Shown here piece after piece: positions 1 through 14,500 of a stretch of DNA of 64,000 nucleotides (the stretch's first letter is position 1; every line of letters starts with the position of its first letter). The notes beneath the pieces were generated by a model. The model searched no databases, was not told where the DNA came from, and saw only the letters and a program-made list of their open reading frames with translations. The position numbers and the translations under genes were made by a program. Location of the stretch: contig BDGG01000001.1 in the NCBI GenBank assembly GCA_001949185.1, forward strand, positions 1 through 64,000, given 5' to 3'. The stretch comes from Ramazzottius varieornatus. Its lineage: Eukaryota; Animalia; Tardigrada.

Positions 1-127
1 TGCTGCGACATACTCGAAACACCCAAGGTCTTACCGGGAGAATATCGTCGTCTGGAGGATTTGTATGGGCCATTGTGATGGCCGCTACCTGGCATTGTAC
101 AACTTGAATGGTTGGTCTGAGCGGGAC

Positions 128-2382
128 ATGATCGACAGGTGGGCTTTGATGGTGACACTTTTGGTGCCGCCGGCATTCCTTCTGCCCGCACGTGACATCG
201 ACAACCTCTTGACTGCCGGCCATGAAACCTCACCCCAAACAGGTATTCAGTGGGCAGAAAAAGCTACAAAAATCCTATCGCACGGGAATAAGTCCGTGCT
301 AAACTAGTTAGAGCGACTTTTGAAAGGAAGATGTAGAGTTTAGTTCATTGGAGTAATCAAGTCTTCGGTTAGTTTCGTGACGTCACGATTGATCCGTATG
401 GTGAAGCGTCTGAGCACAGAGTTTTCTTATTTTTCAACAGGTGGGAGCGACGTCATGAGCGAGTATGTGACGCCCTTCTGTTACGTCTGTGATTCTCTCG
501 TGGATGCCGACTGCCGAGAATCGCAAGACTGGATGCCTCGACGAAGAAACGGCTTAAGGAAGAAAGTGATGTGGACAGGCCAAGGGGAGGACGATCATGG
601 CAGACTTGCCTTCGACTGGAAAGAAGTCTACATTCGGCTGGAAAAGTTCAAGCAGCGATGTCCGTCCAACAATGGCTGCACCACTCACGTCTTCCTCAAT
701 AGCGGTACGTATCTTGCTGTAAAAGGCAGTATGAACTAACATTGCGCGTTGAGAACATTTTCATAGGTTTTTTGTGCGTTTTGAACGAATGTTAGGGGGA
801 ATTTCCGGTGACCGTTTCCATGCCCGGAAGCGCGTTTCATGCTTTTCACGATGGTCCGCGTTGGAAAAATGCGGAACTCAAGAACAAGTTTCAAAGTGAT
901 CTCTCGCTGTATTTTGAGCTGTGTTCTTTGCAGACAGGGTGATACGACGTTGTTTCGACCCGAAAGAGCCTCCTTGCAGCGGGCACGAATGGATGGTCAA
1001 CCGACGCAACCCCAAGAAGCGGAGCAAGGTGAAGGTGGTCTCCCGGCTGACTTGCGCGGACTGGCCCTTCTGCAACGTCGACAGTGCTTACTACTGGCCC
1101 AACGGCACCGTCGAAGCGCTGCTCTCTCCCCACGATGATCCCCAACTGAAGGTGAGGTCCGCCAAACTCTCCTGTTACGAATGCGACTCCATTCTGCAGC
1201 CGGACTGTACGGGCCAAAACTTTGTCAAGGCCGTAAGAAAGCCCAACGATGCCGTGGCGCATTCCGTCGACTGGGTGGGACTGAGGAAAGGCATGGAGAA
1301 GTTCCGAACGAGATGTCCGGTCGAATCAGGATGCTTCTTCCAAGGCGACCACATGACCAGTAAGTACTAATCGAACTTGACAAGGCTGTATCTGAATGTG
1401 GCGCACGTTGCCAGCCAGTAAGGCTGGAAAAGTGCACCACTTGGCAAAACCAATCAACTGGAGAAGATCGTCCATTCAAGTGGCGCACGCTTTCAGCCAG
1501 TCGTGCGGAGATCGTGCGCCACTTGAGAAAGCAAAGAAATTGGACAATATGGTTTTGTCAAGTGGCGCACGCTGACAGCCAATAGCAACTCACAAATGCG
1601 CCACTTGGGAAAACGAGCAGACGAGACAGAATTGTTTCTCCAAGTGGCGCACACTGACAGCCAAAAATATTGAAAGCGTGCGCCAGAACAGTCTTGTCGA
1701 GGACGCTTTTTCAAGTGGTCGACGCTTTCATCCAGTGGCACGGAGAGTCTGCGCCACTTGGGAAAAGCATCTGGTTGAGTCTGTTTGCCGAATGTCCTTT
1801 TGAATATTTAACGAGGTTCATGTGTCGTTGGCGATTGTTGTGGGTTTTGCAGATCGGGTGATTCGTGGTTGTCGCAATATGACGACGGACCTTCCTCGCC
1901 ACCTTCTGGTTAAGGATCGGCGGAAAGAAAGCAGCGTTTTCAGGACGGAAGAAGTGTGTCGCGAGTCGGAGTGCAACTCGCGCGTCCTCTTCTTCTCCCA
2001 CAGCGGCGCCTTCCTCGACTCGGACTGGCACTTCAACAACAGTAGTGCCGGTCGAGACAACGGCCAAGGAGAGGCCAAGAAGGAAGTATACCAAGGCGAC
2101 GCTCCGGCCACCGAAGAAACAGGCTTCTTGCCCCATGTCAAACAGAGTGGGCAAGGAAAGAGGAAGGAAGGCAGATTGCAGAAGAGGACCATTGGCGACG
2201 TGGAACGAGAAGAACGACGCGCCGACGAGGCTCGTCAACGACGGGGCAAGCCAAAAGCTGAGGGCAGAGGCGGTGCTGGTACAAGAGTGCTGTCCTTTGG
2301 CCACCGATCCAGGAAGACATCGGCTGGTGGAAAGTTGGACAGTTGTTGGCTTCTTTTGCTCTTACCTTTCTTTCTCCTATAG
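128..2382 (+). CDS. Secreted/GPI-anchored protein with two tandem Ly6/uPAR (three-finger, quiver/sleepless-like) domains
   Basis: Exons ~128-242, 441-704, 934-1359, 1853-2382 joined by GT-AG phase-1 introns. Hydrophobic N-terminus (MIDRWALMVTLLVPPAFLL). Two CYxCDS..DC...RCP..GC..RVIRxC...CN units. Hydrophobic C-terminal tail (CWLLLLLPFFLL). Confidence 0.75.
1374..1770. repeat. Array of 5 palindromic GTGGCGCAC/GTGCGCCAC hairpin units (family A) in an intron
   Basis: Left arms at 1398, 1480, 1562, 1644, 1715 (spacing 82, 82, 82, 71), each followed ~25 nt later by the inverted arm. Confidence 0.9.
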
Positions 2383-3006
2383 GCACAATTTTCAGAGGCA
2401 GCTGTAGCTCAACTCAATCCTTCTTGTTGAAGGGTTCAAAGTGTTGTGAGTGAAGACACAGAAGAGTAATGTTTCGGTTTTATCCATCTGACCGTGGAGT
2501 GATATGGAGGTCGGTCGGAAGATTTACGTTAGTTTTTTGTCTTCTCTTGAACGATAGCTGCTTCATGTTGTAATTTTAGAGCCATTCTTCGGAATGCGCA
2601 GTGTACATTCCTCTCTTGTTGATTTACCTTTGATGTTCTGGTTTGTTCTATCCACAAGTTATTGACGTAATTTTTTGACGTGATCTAACTCTGATAGTTT
2701 CCTTGATGGAATATATTCCGAATAAAATTATACAATTATCGGGAGCCTGTATCCACTGTTTTCTACGTAAACGTTTGACATTTCTCATACAGATGAAGCT
2801 AACTTTACACATTCCAATCATGATCAGGATTTTACTCCACATAAGCCCGCCGCTTTTGTTACAGCTAGAGTTGGACCATATACAAAGAAAGACTTGCCCA
2901 TTTTCCGCCGGTCCATTTGGAAAGCTCCCCGTCAGTTCGTGACGTATGACCCACGCCATTCTTTCTTCCTTAAGGAAGGCAGCAGCACTCTACACTGGTG
3001 CTTTCC

Positions 3007-3019
3007 GTTGCTGGGCGAC
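3007..3019. promoter_or_regulatory. RFX X-box-like motif GTTGCTGGGCGAC
   Basis: Matches the GTNRCY-n-RGYRAC palindrome and lies upstream of KCMF1. Confidence 0.35.
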
Positions 3020-3333
3020 CTTTGACAGTAGCAGTTGGCTCGTACGGTAACTCATGGCGCCGATCGATCGTTACTTTACCCAATGAAAAGTGGGGAGTAA
3101 GGAGCGACGTCCAGACGCGAATTGATCAGCTTGATGAAAAGTTACGTATTTTGTGAAGCCACACAGTTAGTCTGGTTACGAAGCCGGCAAATATCATTTT
3201 AGCTGAGGACTTGAGGACTTCGCAAGCTTGTACTCTTTTCTGCTGACCAAAAATTCCGCACAGCCCCGATCTCTTGGCTCTCCAAGAAGTCCTTCGGGAA
3301 ATACCGTCAGCGAATATAGCAGAAAATCCATCC

Positions 3334-5253
3334 ATAACTGCCGACAGCCGCCACGAAGGTCGGTATATTCTCATTGTGGATTCCAGTGTGCTGACCATGA
3401 AACTTTCCCGATGTCCTTCAAGCAGATTCGCAGGCTAAAGTGTAGAGGAGTTAAACACTGGCCTGTCCACAGGTATCCGATGTGACGTCTGTGGCAAGGT
3501 GGATTTTAGCGGACGACGCTTCAAGTGTTTTCGCTGCGAAAACTATGACCTTTGCGGTCACTGTCGCGACAACAAGTCAGTCAGTAAGCGCCATACGGCC
3601 AACCATGCCATGCAGTGCATCCTTTGCTCTACTGATCTGGGTATCAATGCCGTTGCATGATCTGTTCTACTTCAGTGCGCCATCGCCTTTGATGTTTTCT
3701 GGCTAACAACCATCAAATTATTTTTTATAGCCAAGTATTTCGGATCGGAGTTTACGCCCTTTGACAAAGTGCAGTCCTTGACCTGTCCGCACTGCGCCCA
3801 ACAAGGCATCGAGTACAAGGACTTACTCCCTCACTTGGAAACGAACCACGCTGACACATCCGACTTCCTCGTGGTCAGTGATAACATCACCATCATATGG
3901 GACGTCGCTCATTGTATCTAGCCAGATCGCTATCCCAAGTGGCATACCTTTCTCTTACGCCTGAACGGGGGTGTGCGCCACTTGGAAAAGTCATTGGCCG
4001 ACGTCTCCCATTATACTGTACTTTCAGTCTCTTAGTTTTGTTTTTGACAAGAGAGTCTTCAATATGGCAGTGGTGTCCAGTTTGTGTTTGCGGAGACGAT
4101 AACGACCTCTCCATGACGGACGACTTGCTGGAGCATGTGGTGCACGAGCACGACCCCGATGGCAGCCACCTCGGCCTTGGCGACAGCTCCTCCATTTCCA
4201 CCACCCTTACCAATGAACACTCTACCGTCAGAGCTTGCTCGACAGAGCAGGCTATCAGCTGTGACATGCCGTTTTCAAAGTTAACCCCTCCCCTTTGTGT
4301 AGAATTCAGAGAGATTGCTGCCTCCGCCACGGCATCGTAGGCGCTTTCCAACGACCATCGTCAACTCAACAACGGCTAACCACCACGTCCTACGAGCTCA
4401 CGCTGGCGGCTCGCTTCCTCGACCTTCCATCTTGCCGCCTTCTCAAGACTTTCCTGCACTTGCAACTTGGCCCGGTACTTTACAAAAGTCTATACTGTAC
4501 AAAAAGTTATGAAGTAACAAAATTCGTAGGAAAAAGGCAGTGAAGAAGACTACAGTATGAGCGGCATAATTATTTGTTCGAAGCTAACCTGTCTGAATTA
4601 GTAACGAGCTCTCGTTCAAGCTTGTCTTGCAGATAGAACATTGCGTCGTGGAGCAGGTAACGCCATGTCCAACACAGTCCGTTCTGTCGACGGGACCACG
4701 ATGACGACATGCCGCATTTGACCACTCCGCCGCGGGCCAGTACACCAGCGCCACCTGCCTTTCGAGATCAGACACGCGGAAGGCAGGTTGAAGCTATGCA
4801 CGAAGGTCCCGCGGGTCGGGGCTGGAACGTCGGGCTGAACAGTCTCAACTCTCGATTGAGAGGAGGCCTGCGCCTCTTTCCACTAGTCCTAGTGAGTTTG
4901 CTTGTTTTGCTAGGTGGCGCACGTCTCCATTGCTATTGACTAGGTGCGCGCGCCACTTGAGAGGGCGATCTTGTGCGTTTCCTTTGGCGGTTTTCCACGT
5001 TTACTAACTGGGACTTTTTTACAGCTTGCTGGATGTATCGTCCACCGAAGAGAAGACGTTGTCGGCACCAGACGACAGGAGAACAACGACGTTAGCTTTT
5101 GCTGATCGAGGTCTCTTCCTGCACGACATTGTGCTGGCGACCTTACAGAAAACCTTCCAGCCGTCTTCGGCTGATCTGATGGACGGTCTACCACCCTTGT
5201 TCAAAAGTACAAGCTTGGCCTTGTCCAACATTCCTATTTTCTTCCCATTCTGA
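3334..5253 (+). CDS. KCMF1: E3 ubiquitin ligase KCMF1-like (ZZ zinc finger + Di19/C2H2), possibly damaged (no ATG before SRHEG)
   Basis: SRHE|GIRCDVCGKVDFSGRRFKCFRCENYDLCGHC...HAMQCIL, SLTCPHC, CPVC...TDDLLEHVVHEH and C-terminal DRGLFLHDIVLATL match KCMF1 motifs. The phase-1 intron after SRHE is 3359-3472. Confidence 0.85.
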
Positions 5254-5370
5254 CTGCGCGGACCTTGCTGGGAGTTATGCAAAGGCCGCCAGGGAGTATG
5301 TCGATATGACTGGTGAAAGCTGCGTCTGAAATGGCCTGAAGAGTCTGTGATGTGCAGTGTGGAAATACAG

Positions 5371-5383
5371 GTCGCCAGGTTAC
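5371..5383. promoter_or_regulatory. RFX X-box-like motif GTCGCCAGGTTAC
   Basis: About 100 bp upstream of the RIB43A ATG. Confidence 0.5.
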
Positions 5384-5485
5384 TGGTCCGCCAAACTCAG
5401 GGAAGGAAAAATTTACAGTTACTCAATCTTGTCCGTTATTCTCGATTGTTGAGGTTGGATTGAGTTGGTTGCGATATCGGGCAAA

Positions 5486-7413
5486 ATGTTCTCGAAAAAC
5501 GCCGATAGTTACAAGTTGGACGATAATCGTCTCAGTGGTCAGACCATTTACCGTACGAATCCGACTCAACAAGAGGTGAAGTGGGAGCGGATGAAAGATA
5601 CGTTGAAGGCCAGAAGAAGCCGCATTCTCGATCCCGTCATTTCCAAATTACCGTAAGAATCGCTCCTTCTCTTCTCCGCCTATTTGGCTAACTTTCCTTT
5701 CTTTTTGAGCGGACTGTCTCCAGTGTAGGAAGGAAGACTTGGACGAGGATGTTTGCCGCTTACAAGAACTACAGGCTCAAGAACGCCAAGAGTCTATCCG
5801 AGAAGGTAAAAACATCTGATATCGTATAAACGATTTTTGTAAATGGTTGGTTGCTTTTCTAATCTAACTTTCCAGGCCAAAAATTGAGGTTGTTGGATAA
5901 CAAGCACAAATTCTTGGAGAATGTTGTTCGAGCGGAGAAAATCAACGAGGCCAAAAGGGTGGTGGCGTTTCGCCAAGAATTCCAGTTACCGCAGCAGCGT
6001 CGAGATTATGACTTGTACGACCCGCATCGTTGGAAGAGCGAACCGCTTGTCACATACCAGAACCCGGAAGTTCAAGGACCCGCCGCAATGATGAAGTAAG
6101 CGAACCCTACAGTACACTCCATCAATCATTTATCTGATAGGAAGGGAGCAGTGGTTGTTGTGTGATGGTAGTTTCGAGGGCTACAAATTGATGGACACAG
6201 AAGGAAACTTGGAAGCCGACCGGCGCAAGTATCAGCGAGAGATGCTGGACCTTCAGACCAGAGAAGACGCGGTACGACAGCAGCGTCTATCCAAAATCGA
6301 CGAGTTGCAGCAAGAGATCGCCGCCACCATTGCTAACAAAGCCGAAGACGACCAACGACGAGGGGAACTACTCAAGAAAGCTCAAGCAGTGGATAACGCA
6401 CATCAAAACGAAGCAATGGTAAGCCACCAAATTACGTCATGTTTTGTGGCAGTAAAATCAGGCCGACCTTTTTTCTACGAAAATATCGAGGGAGGCTGTC
6501 CAAGGCACCAACCTGTCCGAGGTTTTGAAGAAAATTTTGTAGAAAAATGGCAACGAGACGTTCGGCAGACGAATTTTACTTGGACCCATTTTCAAGTGGC
6601 GCGCGCTGTTAGCCAATGCCAATATACACGTGCGCCACTTGAAGATCAAACTTAACAAGATGGTGCATTCAAGTGGCGCGCACTTCTAGGCGGCAAGCAT
6701 AAAAGCGTGCGCCATTTGAGAAAGGACACAAGCTGGAAAAGATCGTTTGTCCAAGTGGCGCATGCTGCTAGCCAATAACACTGAACATATGCTTCGCATG
6801 AGGAGACGTTAGCAAAGTTGTTTCTTCAAGTGTGCGCAAGTTACTCTGAAACTGATTGGAAGCGTGCGCCACTCTGAAGAATTGTCTTGTCAAGTTTGTT
6901 CGCTTAAGTCCCAGGTTTTGGCTAAATGCGGCTGTTTTGCAGTTTCAAAACCGCGCTCTGCAAAGACAAGCCAGTAAGCTAGATGAAGCCAGAGCAGCAC
7001 AAGATGACATATACTACTGGACATCGGGAAAGCTTCTGGACCCGCAACCCAACAAGGTTGACATTGCTAGAGGAACGGACTGGCGTGGACTTAGTCGAGC
7101 AGAACAGCTGGCCAACTTCACTGGGCCGAAGAGCGTGTGTCAGCAGGTCTACCAGAAGCGGCAAAAGGAGGCGGAAGAAGCCGAAAGGGAAAGGCGGATG
7201 GTGCAGCAGTCGAAAGTCCAGGAACGGTTGGTCAAGTAGGAAGACCAACAGGGCCAGTATCGGCAGCTGGAGAAAAGGAAGGATATTGCAAGGGATAACC
7301 TAACAATGAGCCAGCAACAGCGAAAGAAGCAAGAGTATTTGTATAAGCAGGTCTATGCCAGTAATGTACCTACCGACAAATTTTGGAATCAGTCTGAAGC
7401 TTCTGGACGATAA
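5486..7413 (+). pseudogene. RIB43A: RIB43A-like (RIBC1/2) axonemal microtubule inner protein with an in-frame TAG at 7237-7239
   Basis: Five exons. Motifs RRSRILDP, RRDYDLYDP and GPAAMM(N)FEG. The conserved C-terminus EYLYKQVYASNVPTDKFWNQSEASGR lies in frame beyond the TAG. Confidence 0.75.
6590..6875. repeat. Array of 4 family-A hairpin units in a RIB43A intron
   Basis: Left arms at 6596, 6673, 6755, 6830. Confidence 0.85.
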
Positions 7414-8414
7414 GTCTCCCTTGTTGAATTGTCAGTATGGTTTTTGTAGTCACGTGCTATTTTACATGACGATGAAATCCCTCACATCACGAAAGTAAAC
7501 GCGCTTGCTTTTGTTGTCCGATGGTCTTGGCTTCCTTCTTGCGAGCCCCGATGCCTGTATGCTGGAGGGAGAATGCCGTCATACGCACACTGCTGTGCGC
7601 GAAGCCCAGTTCGCTTTACAGTACCCGGTGCGCAAACTAAGCTTCTACGCCGTACCTAGGGCATGTTTCGCCGATGGTCTTTGACGTCAAACCACGAAAA
7701 CCAGTGACAAAATATCATATATTTTGCTCTTTCAGCTCCGTTTCCGCACTTTCAGCCCATTTCAATTGTAGTTCGGCAAATCTTAATTATCTATTTCACA
7801 ACCCGACCATTCAGCCACTTTGACTATAATTTTACTATATTCGTCGGCTGGTTTTGGCAGTTTTAATTTTTATCACAGTAGAATTCCAAACGCACGATTT
7901 TCGGCTATTTTTAATTCAGTATCACGATTAGAAAAATAACGCCAATCTTTCATTGAGCGAAGAAGTTTGGTACATATGTATAATAGCAGCAGAAATTGTG
8001 AATGGTAAAGAAAGCCACGTTACGATGGTCCGCATGAGCTGAGAATGCTTTTTTTACGTCGGAAAGCAGAGCATCCATAAACGCAGACAAATACGCCCGC
8101 AAACAATGAAAGCAAACCATCTTGAGTTCCTTGCCCAAGTCCACCTGACTTTAGTCAGTCTAGAATTTCCATCACATGGCGCAGAATGAGTCGAAGATAT
8201 CGGGCTGCAAAGTTAAGAACACACTTGCACATCATTCACACATCTATTAAGGGTCTTGAAGGGTGCTCAAGCCATTTCGAAAACAACGGCTATGAACGAA
8301 ATCCTTACCACTATGAATGCTTCGGGAAGATTTTCCCGTTTGACCGCTTCGACAAGCGCCTTTTCCTCTTCCAGCTCCTTCTGCCGCTTCTTCGTCAAAG
8401 CTAAAACCATATCG

Positions 8415-9906
<1,492 letters not shown>

Positions 9907-9993
9907 TGGTCGAAATCAAGCTTCAGGTCAGGTTTGCCTCTTCAAGCACACATCAAAATTGGTCATAAAGGATGGATGTAGAACGGCTTCTTT

Positions 9994-10006
9994 GTGGCCT
10001 GGCTAC
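9994..10006. promoter_or_regulatory. RFX X-box-like motif GTGGCCTGGCTAC in the divergent RSPH1/LMBRD2 promoter
   Basis: About 90 bp upstream of the RSPH1 ATG. Confidence 0.35.
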
Positions 10007-10439
10007 CGGCCTCGCAAGGTGTGCGCCACTGACTTGCGGTTCCTATGCGACATCGCTGCAGCCTGGATGGATAGTTCCAAACGCAATACCACGCCAGCAT
10101 CATCGAGATTCAACACCCAATGGCAACAGCCAACTGGTTCTTGGTCGAGGGTTGCAAAAGATCCCCAGGGTCAAAAATGCAGGTAGAAACAATTGACAGC
10201 AAACCCATCAGGCGACGGATGGGTATTGTGACTTAGGTAACCGTAAACTGTACGGTCAGGAGAAGGAAAATTAGGTACTGTACGAACCAACCAACATTCC
10301 TTCCACAGATTTCCGCGGTGACGTCACCGGCCGGACCATCGGCTGAAACTTCGAATGGTGTAGACACAAACAGGCTTTCAAAGTTGCATTGTGAGATTTC
10401 TGTAGGAGAAATCACCATCCTGCTGGTATACTCCACGAA

Positions 10440-13400
10440 ATGGACTACGTTGTCTTGGTCATAATTCTGATATTGGTCTTCTTGTTGGCAGTTTCTTTGC
10501 TGTACGAATATGCCAGCTGGAAGACGCAGCATGTTTGCGTGTCCATCGCCGTCCTGCTGGCCTGGTACATCTCCTTCCTCTTTATTTTTATCATACCCAT
10601 CGATGTATCCACAGTAAGCACACCAATAAGGTGTCCTCAGTTTTCTTTCTTAGATACTCGCACAATGATTTGATTTGCTCGGCACAAGTCGGCAGAGAAA
10701 TCGACAAGATTGTTTGCCCAAGTGGCGCAAGCTGTGGTTGTTGAAAGCTGGAAGCGTGCGTCACTTGGAAAAGCGGTCTTGAACGGTTTGACTCTTTCCG
10801 CATGTTCTCGGTGTTGTTGGCTAGAAGTGTGCGCCACTTTCCATTATTTTTCTGGTTTTCAGACTATATACCAGCACTGCCTGAAGGATCAAAATGTCCC
10901 TCGCGAGACCGACGACGTTGAGACACACGGCAACATCAGTATCACTGGATTCGATCCGCAAACAGAAAACGGCTTGTCGTCCGAAAACATCTCACATCAG
11001 CGAGCCGGCCGGGTTGAAGAATGTGACCGACCGTGGTCGTTCGTCGAGGCTGGAATCATGCTCCATTTATGGCTGGTCGTTTACTGGTCATCGCAACTTC
11101 TCTCCTGGTAGGCCTGTTCTCGGTAAACTGCATCTGTGTGGATAACCTTCTTTGTTTTAGGGTCATTCTCCCATTGATGCAAGCGTATGCAATGTCGGGA
11201 GAGTTCACCGTCCGAAGAAGGATAGGGGTGGCCTTGAAGAAGAATCTGATCAGCGTTGGGACCTATCTGGTTATTTTCGGGGTCCTGCTGATATACGTGG
11301 CAGTCAAACCGAACACCAGTCTGGACTGGTAAGACAGTATCAATTGAGGAGTCTGGGAGCTCGTCAAACAAGCACGACAAGATCATCTTTTCCAACGGCG
11401 CAAACTACCAGCTAAAAACACCGAAGGCGTGCGCCACCTGGGAAAGCTAACGAACTCGACAAGACTGTCACTAAGCGACGCACCCTTTCGGCCAGTAACA
11501 CGTAGAAGGTGCGCCGCTTGGGAAACAATGTTATCGAGTTTGACTGCTGAGCACGAATTGAGGTTTCAAATTTTGTCTTTTTCCAGGGATAAGCTGTATA
11601 CACTGGAGATCATGGCCAGTAACACCTGGGGTCTTTTCCTGGTGGTGCTTCTGTTGGGATATGGGTTGGTCGAAGTCCCCCGGTCGCTATGGGTGACCGC
11701 TGACGTCGAACACCAGTTGAACTACACCAAATTCAAACTAGCCAAAGTCTACACGGAAAAGATGGACACCGAAGAAACCGCCGGAACAATGTTCGAGGTT
11801 TGCTGTATGAACGCTCAAATCTGCCGTGGTTTTTTCATACTGAATTTTGTTGTGTCTTAGGAAATCAAACGAACTTCGGAACAAATTAGTGACGATAACA
11901 AAAGACTGAGGAAATTCATGGACGTTATTGTTAGCAAGGTGATTATTTTTTACGTCATCAGGGGATTTCGCAGGAATAAGCTCCATATTGTTCATAGTGT
12001 CCGAAAGAAATTCGTCAGAAGTTGGATTCGTCCACGCCGGTGAAGGGCATGGTTCGTTCGAAGAAAGAGCTGTGGAAGCTATCAGCCAACGCATCAGTTT
12101 CCACCTTACCATCAGAAGCAAGCCTGGTAGCGTTGCACAATCGTTTGATCGCCAGTTTGCACAAACAGTTCAAGATGACCAGCATGTGGCGCACCCTGTT
12201 GGAGAACGGCTTCGGCCATGAGGACTGTCTGCGCAACCAGCGAAACAAAGACAAGGTCTTCACTCCCGCTTATCCTCCTGCTCGTAATAGCAGGCTAGGG
12301 CGCTTCATTAATCCACAAATGGGTACGTCCGTGAATAAGAGCTGGGATGACTTAGCTCTTGTTAAGTTCGTATGTCTCGCGTTTGCACTGTTATTGATTG
12401 TAAGTTTGCGCCGCTTGGACAAACGATCTTGACGCCTTTTCTACGAAATTTATCCGGAGACGCCGAACAGGTCCGTGCCCGGCACGACTTTTTCTGGTAT
12501 TTCCGTAGAAAAATGGCAAGTTCAAGTCGCGATTCGACACGTGAAGGGGCGTGGGCCGCTAGGCCAGTCTTCAAAGAGTTGTGCCCGTGCTCACGTTGCT
12601 CGTTGTGCGCTTTCAGAATGGATATGGAAATGTCGAATGAAGTCGTACGTCATGCGAACCCTGGCCGTGGTCTTTTGGTTATGTACGGCTGCGGTCATCT
12701 GGTCGGAATGCACGTTCTTCATCGGTGAACCCGTTTTGTCGGTCTTTGCATTGATGATCAAAAAATCAGCGCTCAACAATTATTACTTCAACGTCGAGGT
12801 ACGGCACGACAGAACTTGTATTACTACGCAGATTCTGGGAGTGTCGGTCCCACCAGCAGTACTGTTGGAAAATCCTTTTAGCCATTTTTCTACAGGTGGT
12901 CTCGTTTTGCATCGTGGCATATCTTTCAGCCTGTGCCTATTACACGGTATTAGCCCTTTTGAAGTAGACTGCAAAACCATGGTCATTTTGTGAGCGTATG
13001 GAAACGAATGAGACTTGCAGGTTTTCCGTATCCGGATATTTCACTACTACAACATTTCCGCCAGGCATCAAACCGACGAGAATTCTTTGCTTTTTTGTGG
13101 CATGTAAGAAACTTCAATACGGAGTCTTGTACGATTTGCAACCGTCGTGCCTTTTCAGAATTATCTGACAACTATTTCCTTCCTTAGATTTCTATGCCGA
13201 CTAACTCCATCGCTATGCCTGAACTTTCTCGGGTTGATCCACATGGACAGCCATATCATTAAACGTCGCACAGCCGAAACGGCCTTCACAAGGGTAAGTG
13301 TAAAACCAACATTTCTACCGCACTATTCGGCTTTCAGCGTAGACTTTTTGACCTTTCGTTGCCAGATCATGGGGCATATGAGAGTACTGGACGTCATCTC

Positions 13401-14382
13401 CAAAGGCTTCAACGTTTACTTCCCGGTCCTGGTGGTGCTCTTCTGCCTAGCTACGGCTTTCCGGCTGGGGACACGCTGCCTCAACTTTTGCGGCTTCCAG
13501 CAATTCATGGGGGATGGTGAGATGACGCTGAGCCTCGTGGCCCAAGGCCAGCGGATTTTGCAGAAAGGTATTGCCATCATCAACCTATTTCTAGTCTATT
13601 CAAAAGGAGCTGCTCTTTGTGCTCTTTCCTGATCATGTCGCGCATTGTACGGTATCGCTTATCATTCATACCTTGACCAACTCGCGCAGTCTGCGGGTAC
13701 TTTGCCTTGCGGCATGCGCGAGTAAGGTGATGGCTTCTTCATTACATGCAGGCCTCACGCTCGAAATGTCTACAGTGTTGATAGGGTATCCCTTCCGGTA
13801 ATCCCATCTGGAGACTTTTTTCTGCTTCCAGTTGGAGATACCAATTGTTAGACCGTACTTTCAGCTGGTCACCGTAAAATCTTTCCAAATGGGATTATCG
13901 GAAGGGACGCACTTTCAGCACTGTAGTTGGCCAAAGTCGACTTTGATTAATTTTGCAGCGAGCTAAACCTTTCCCTTACAGCTTGCCACAAATGGGCAGA
14001 AAACATGACATAAGCATCTCGGCAGACACAATCAAGTAATCAATCCTATGTTAGACTCGTTTACCCAGCACATGACAGGCGAACGGGTGGATCGGCTAAA
14101 CTGTTAACGTTATGACTTGTAACCGTCCATTTTGGCTACGCATTTCCAGCGTGGGGACTGTACCGTACAGTGACTCGTCGTCTTTCAGTGCATGATGAGC
14201 GTCGCTTGAGTCAGCAACTAAACACGGCCAAGGACCAGCAGGAAGAGCTACTAGAGCTGGTCAACAACATGTCTAACTTTGGTCGAGTGGCCACCGACAG
14301 CGCTTCGGTTCGCGCCGGTACCAGCTCCGGCTGGCGGTCCATGAAACACCCTGGACCCTCTCTGGATACAGTGCTGGCCTAG
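10440..14382 (+). CDS. LMBRD2: LMBR1 domain-containing protein 2
   Basis: About 12 exons with consistent phases. Motifs [65 protein letters not shown] and GFNVYFP. Confidence 0.95.
10695..10842. repeat. Family-A hairpin units in LMBRD2 intron 1 (further copies at 11390-11540 and 12370-12560)
   Basis: AAATCGACAAGATTGTTTGCCCAAGTGGCGCA...GTGCGTCACTTGGAAAA. Confidence 0.8.
13773..13923. mobile_element. Tc1/mariner-type MITE in an LMBRD2 intron
   Basis: TA|CAGTGTTGATAGGGTATCCCCTTCCGGTAATCCCATCTGGA ... TCCAAATGGGATTATCGGAAGGGACGCACTTTCAGCACTG|TA: imperfect ~45-bp TIRs starting CAGTG, with TA flanks. Confidence 0.7.
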
Positions 14383-14500
14383 TCCCCCTCTCCGCTCCTG
14401 CACTACGTTGCCAAGTGCCAGGTGAAAGACAGAGCCATCAGTGGAGAAGGTTGCGCGCCCGGAAGTATGAGAGGGTAATCAGACGAACGTTGGCCATACG

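Noticed and set aside
1374-1770. CRISPR array interpretation of the regularly spaced palindromic repeats
   Set aside because: The context is eukaryotic and intronic, the intervening sequences are homologous to each other rather than unique spacers, the repeats are degenerate and dispersed, and no cas genes are present.
2560-3060. ORFs 2648-2959 and 2703-2942
   Set aside because: No recognisable motifs or splice structure; likely non-coding.
7950-8410. Extra small gene or extended tail downstream of RSPH1 (MVLALTKKRQKELEEEK..)
   Set aside because: It is out of phase with RSPH1, and no consistent exon chain could be built.
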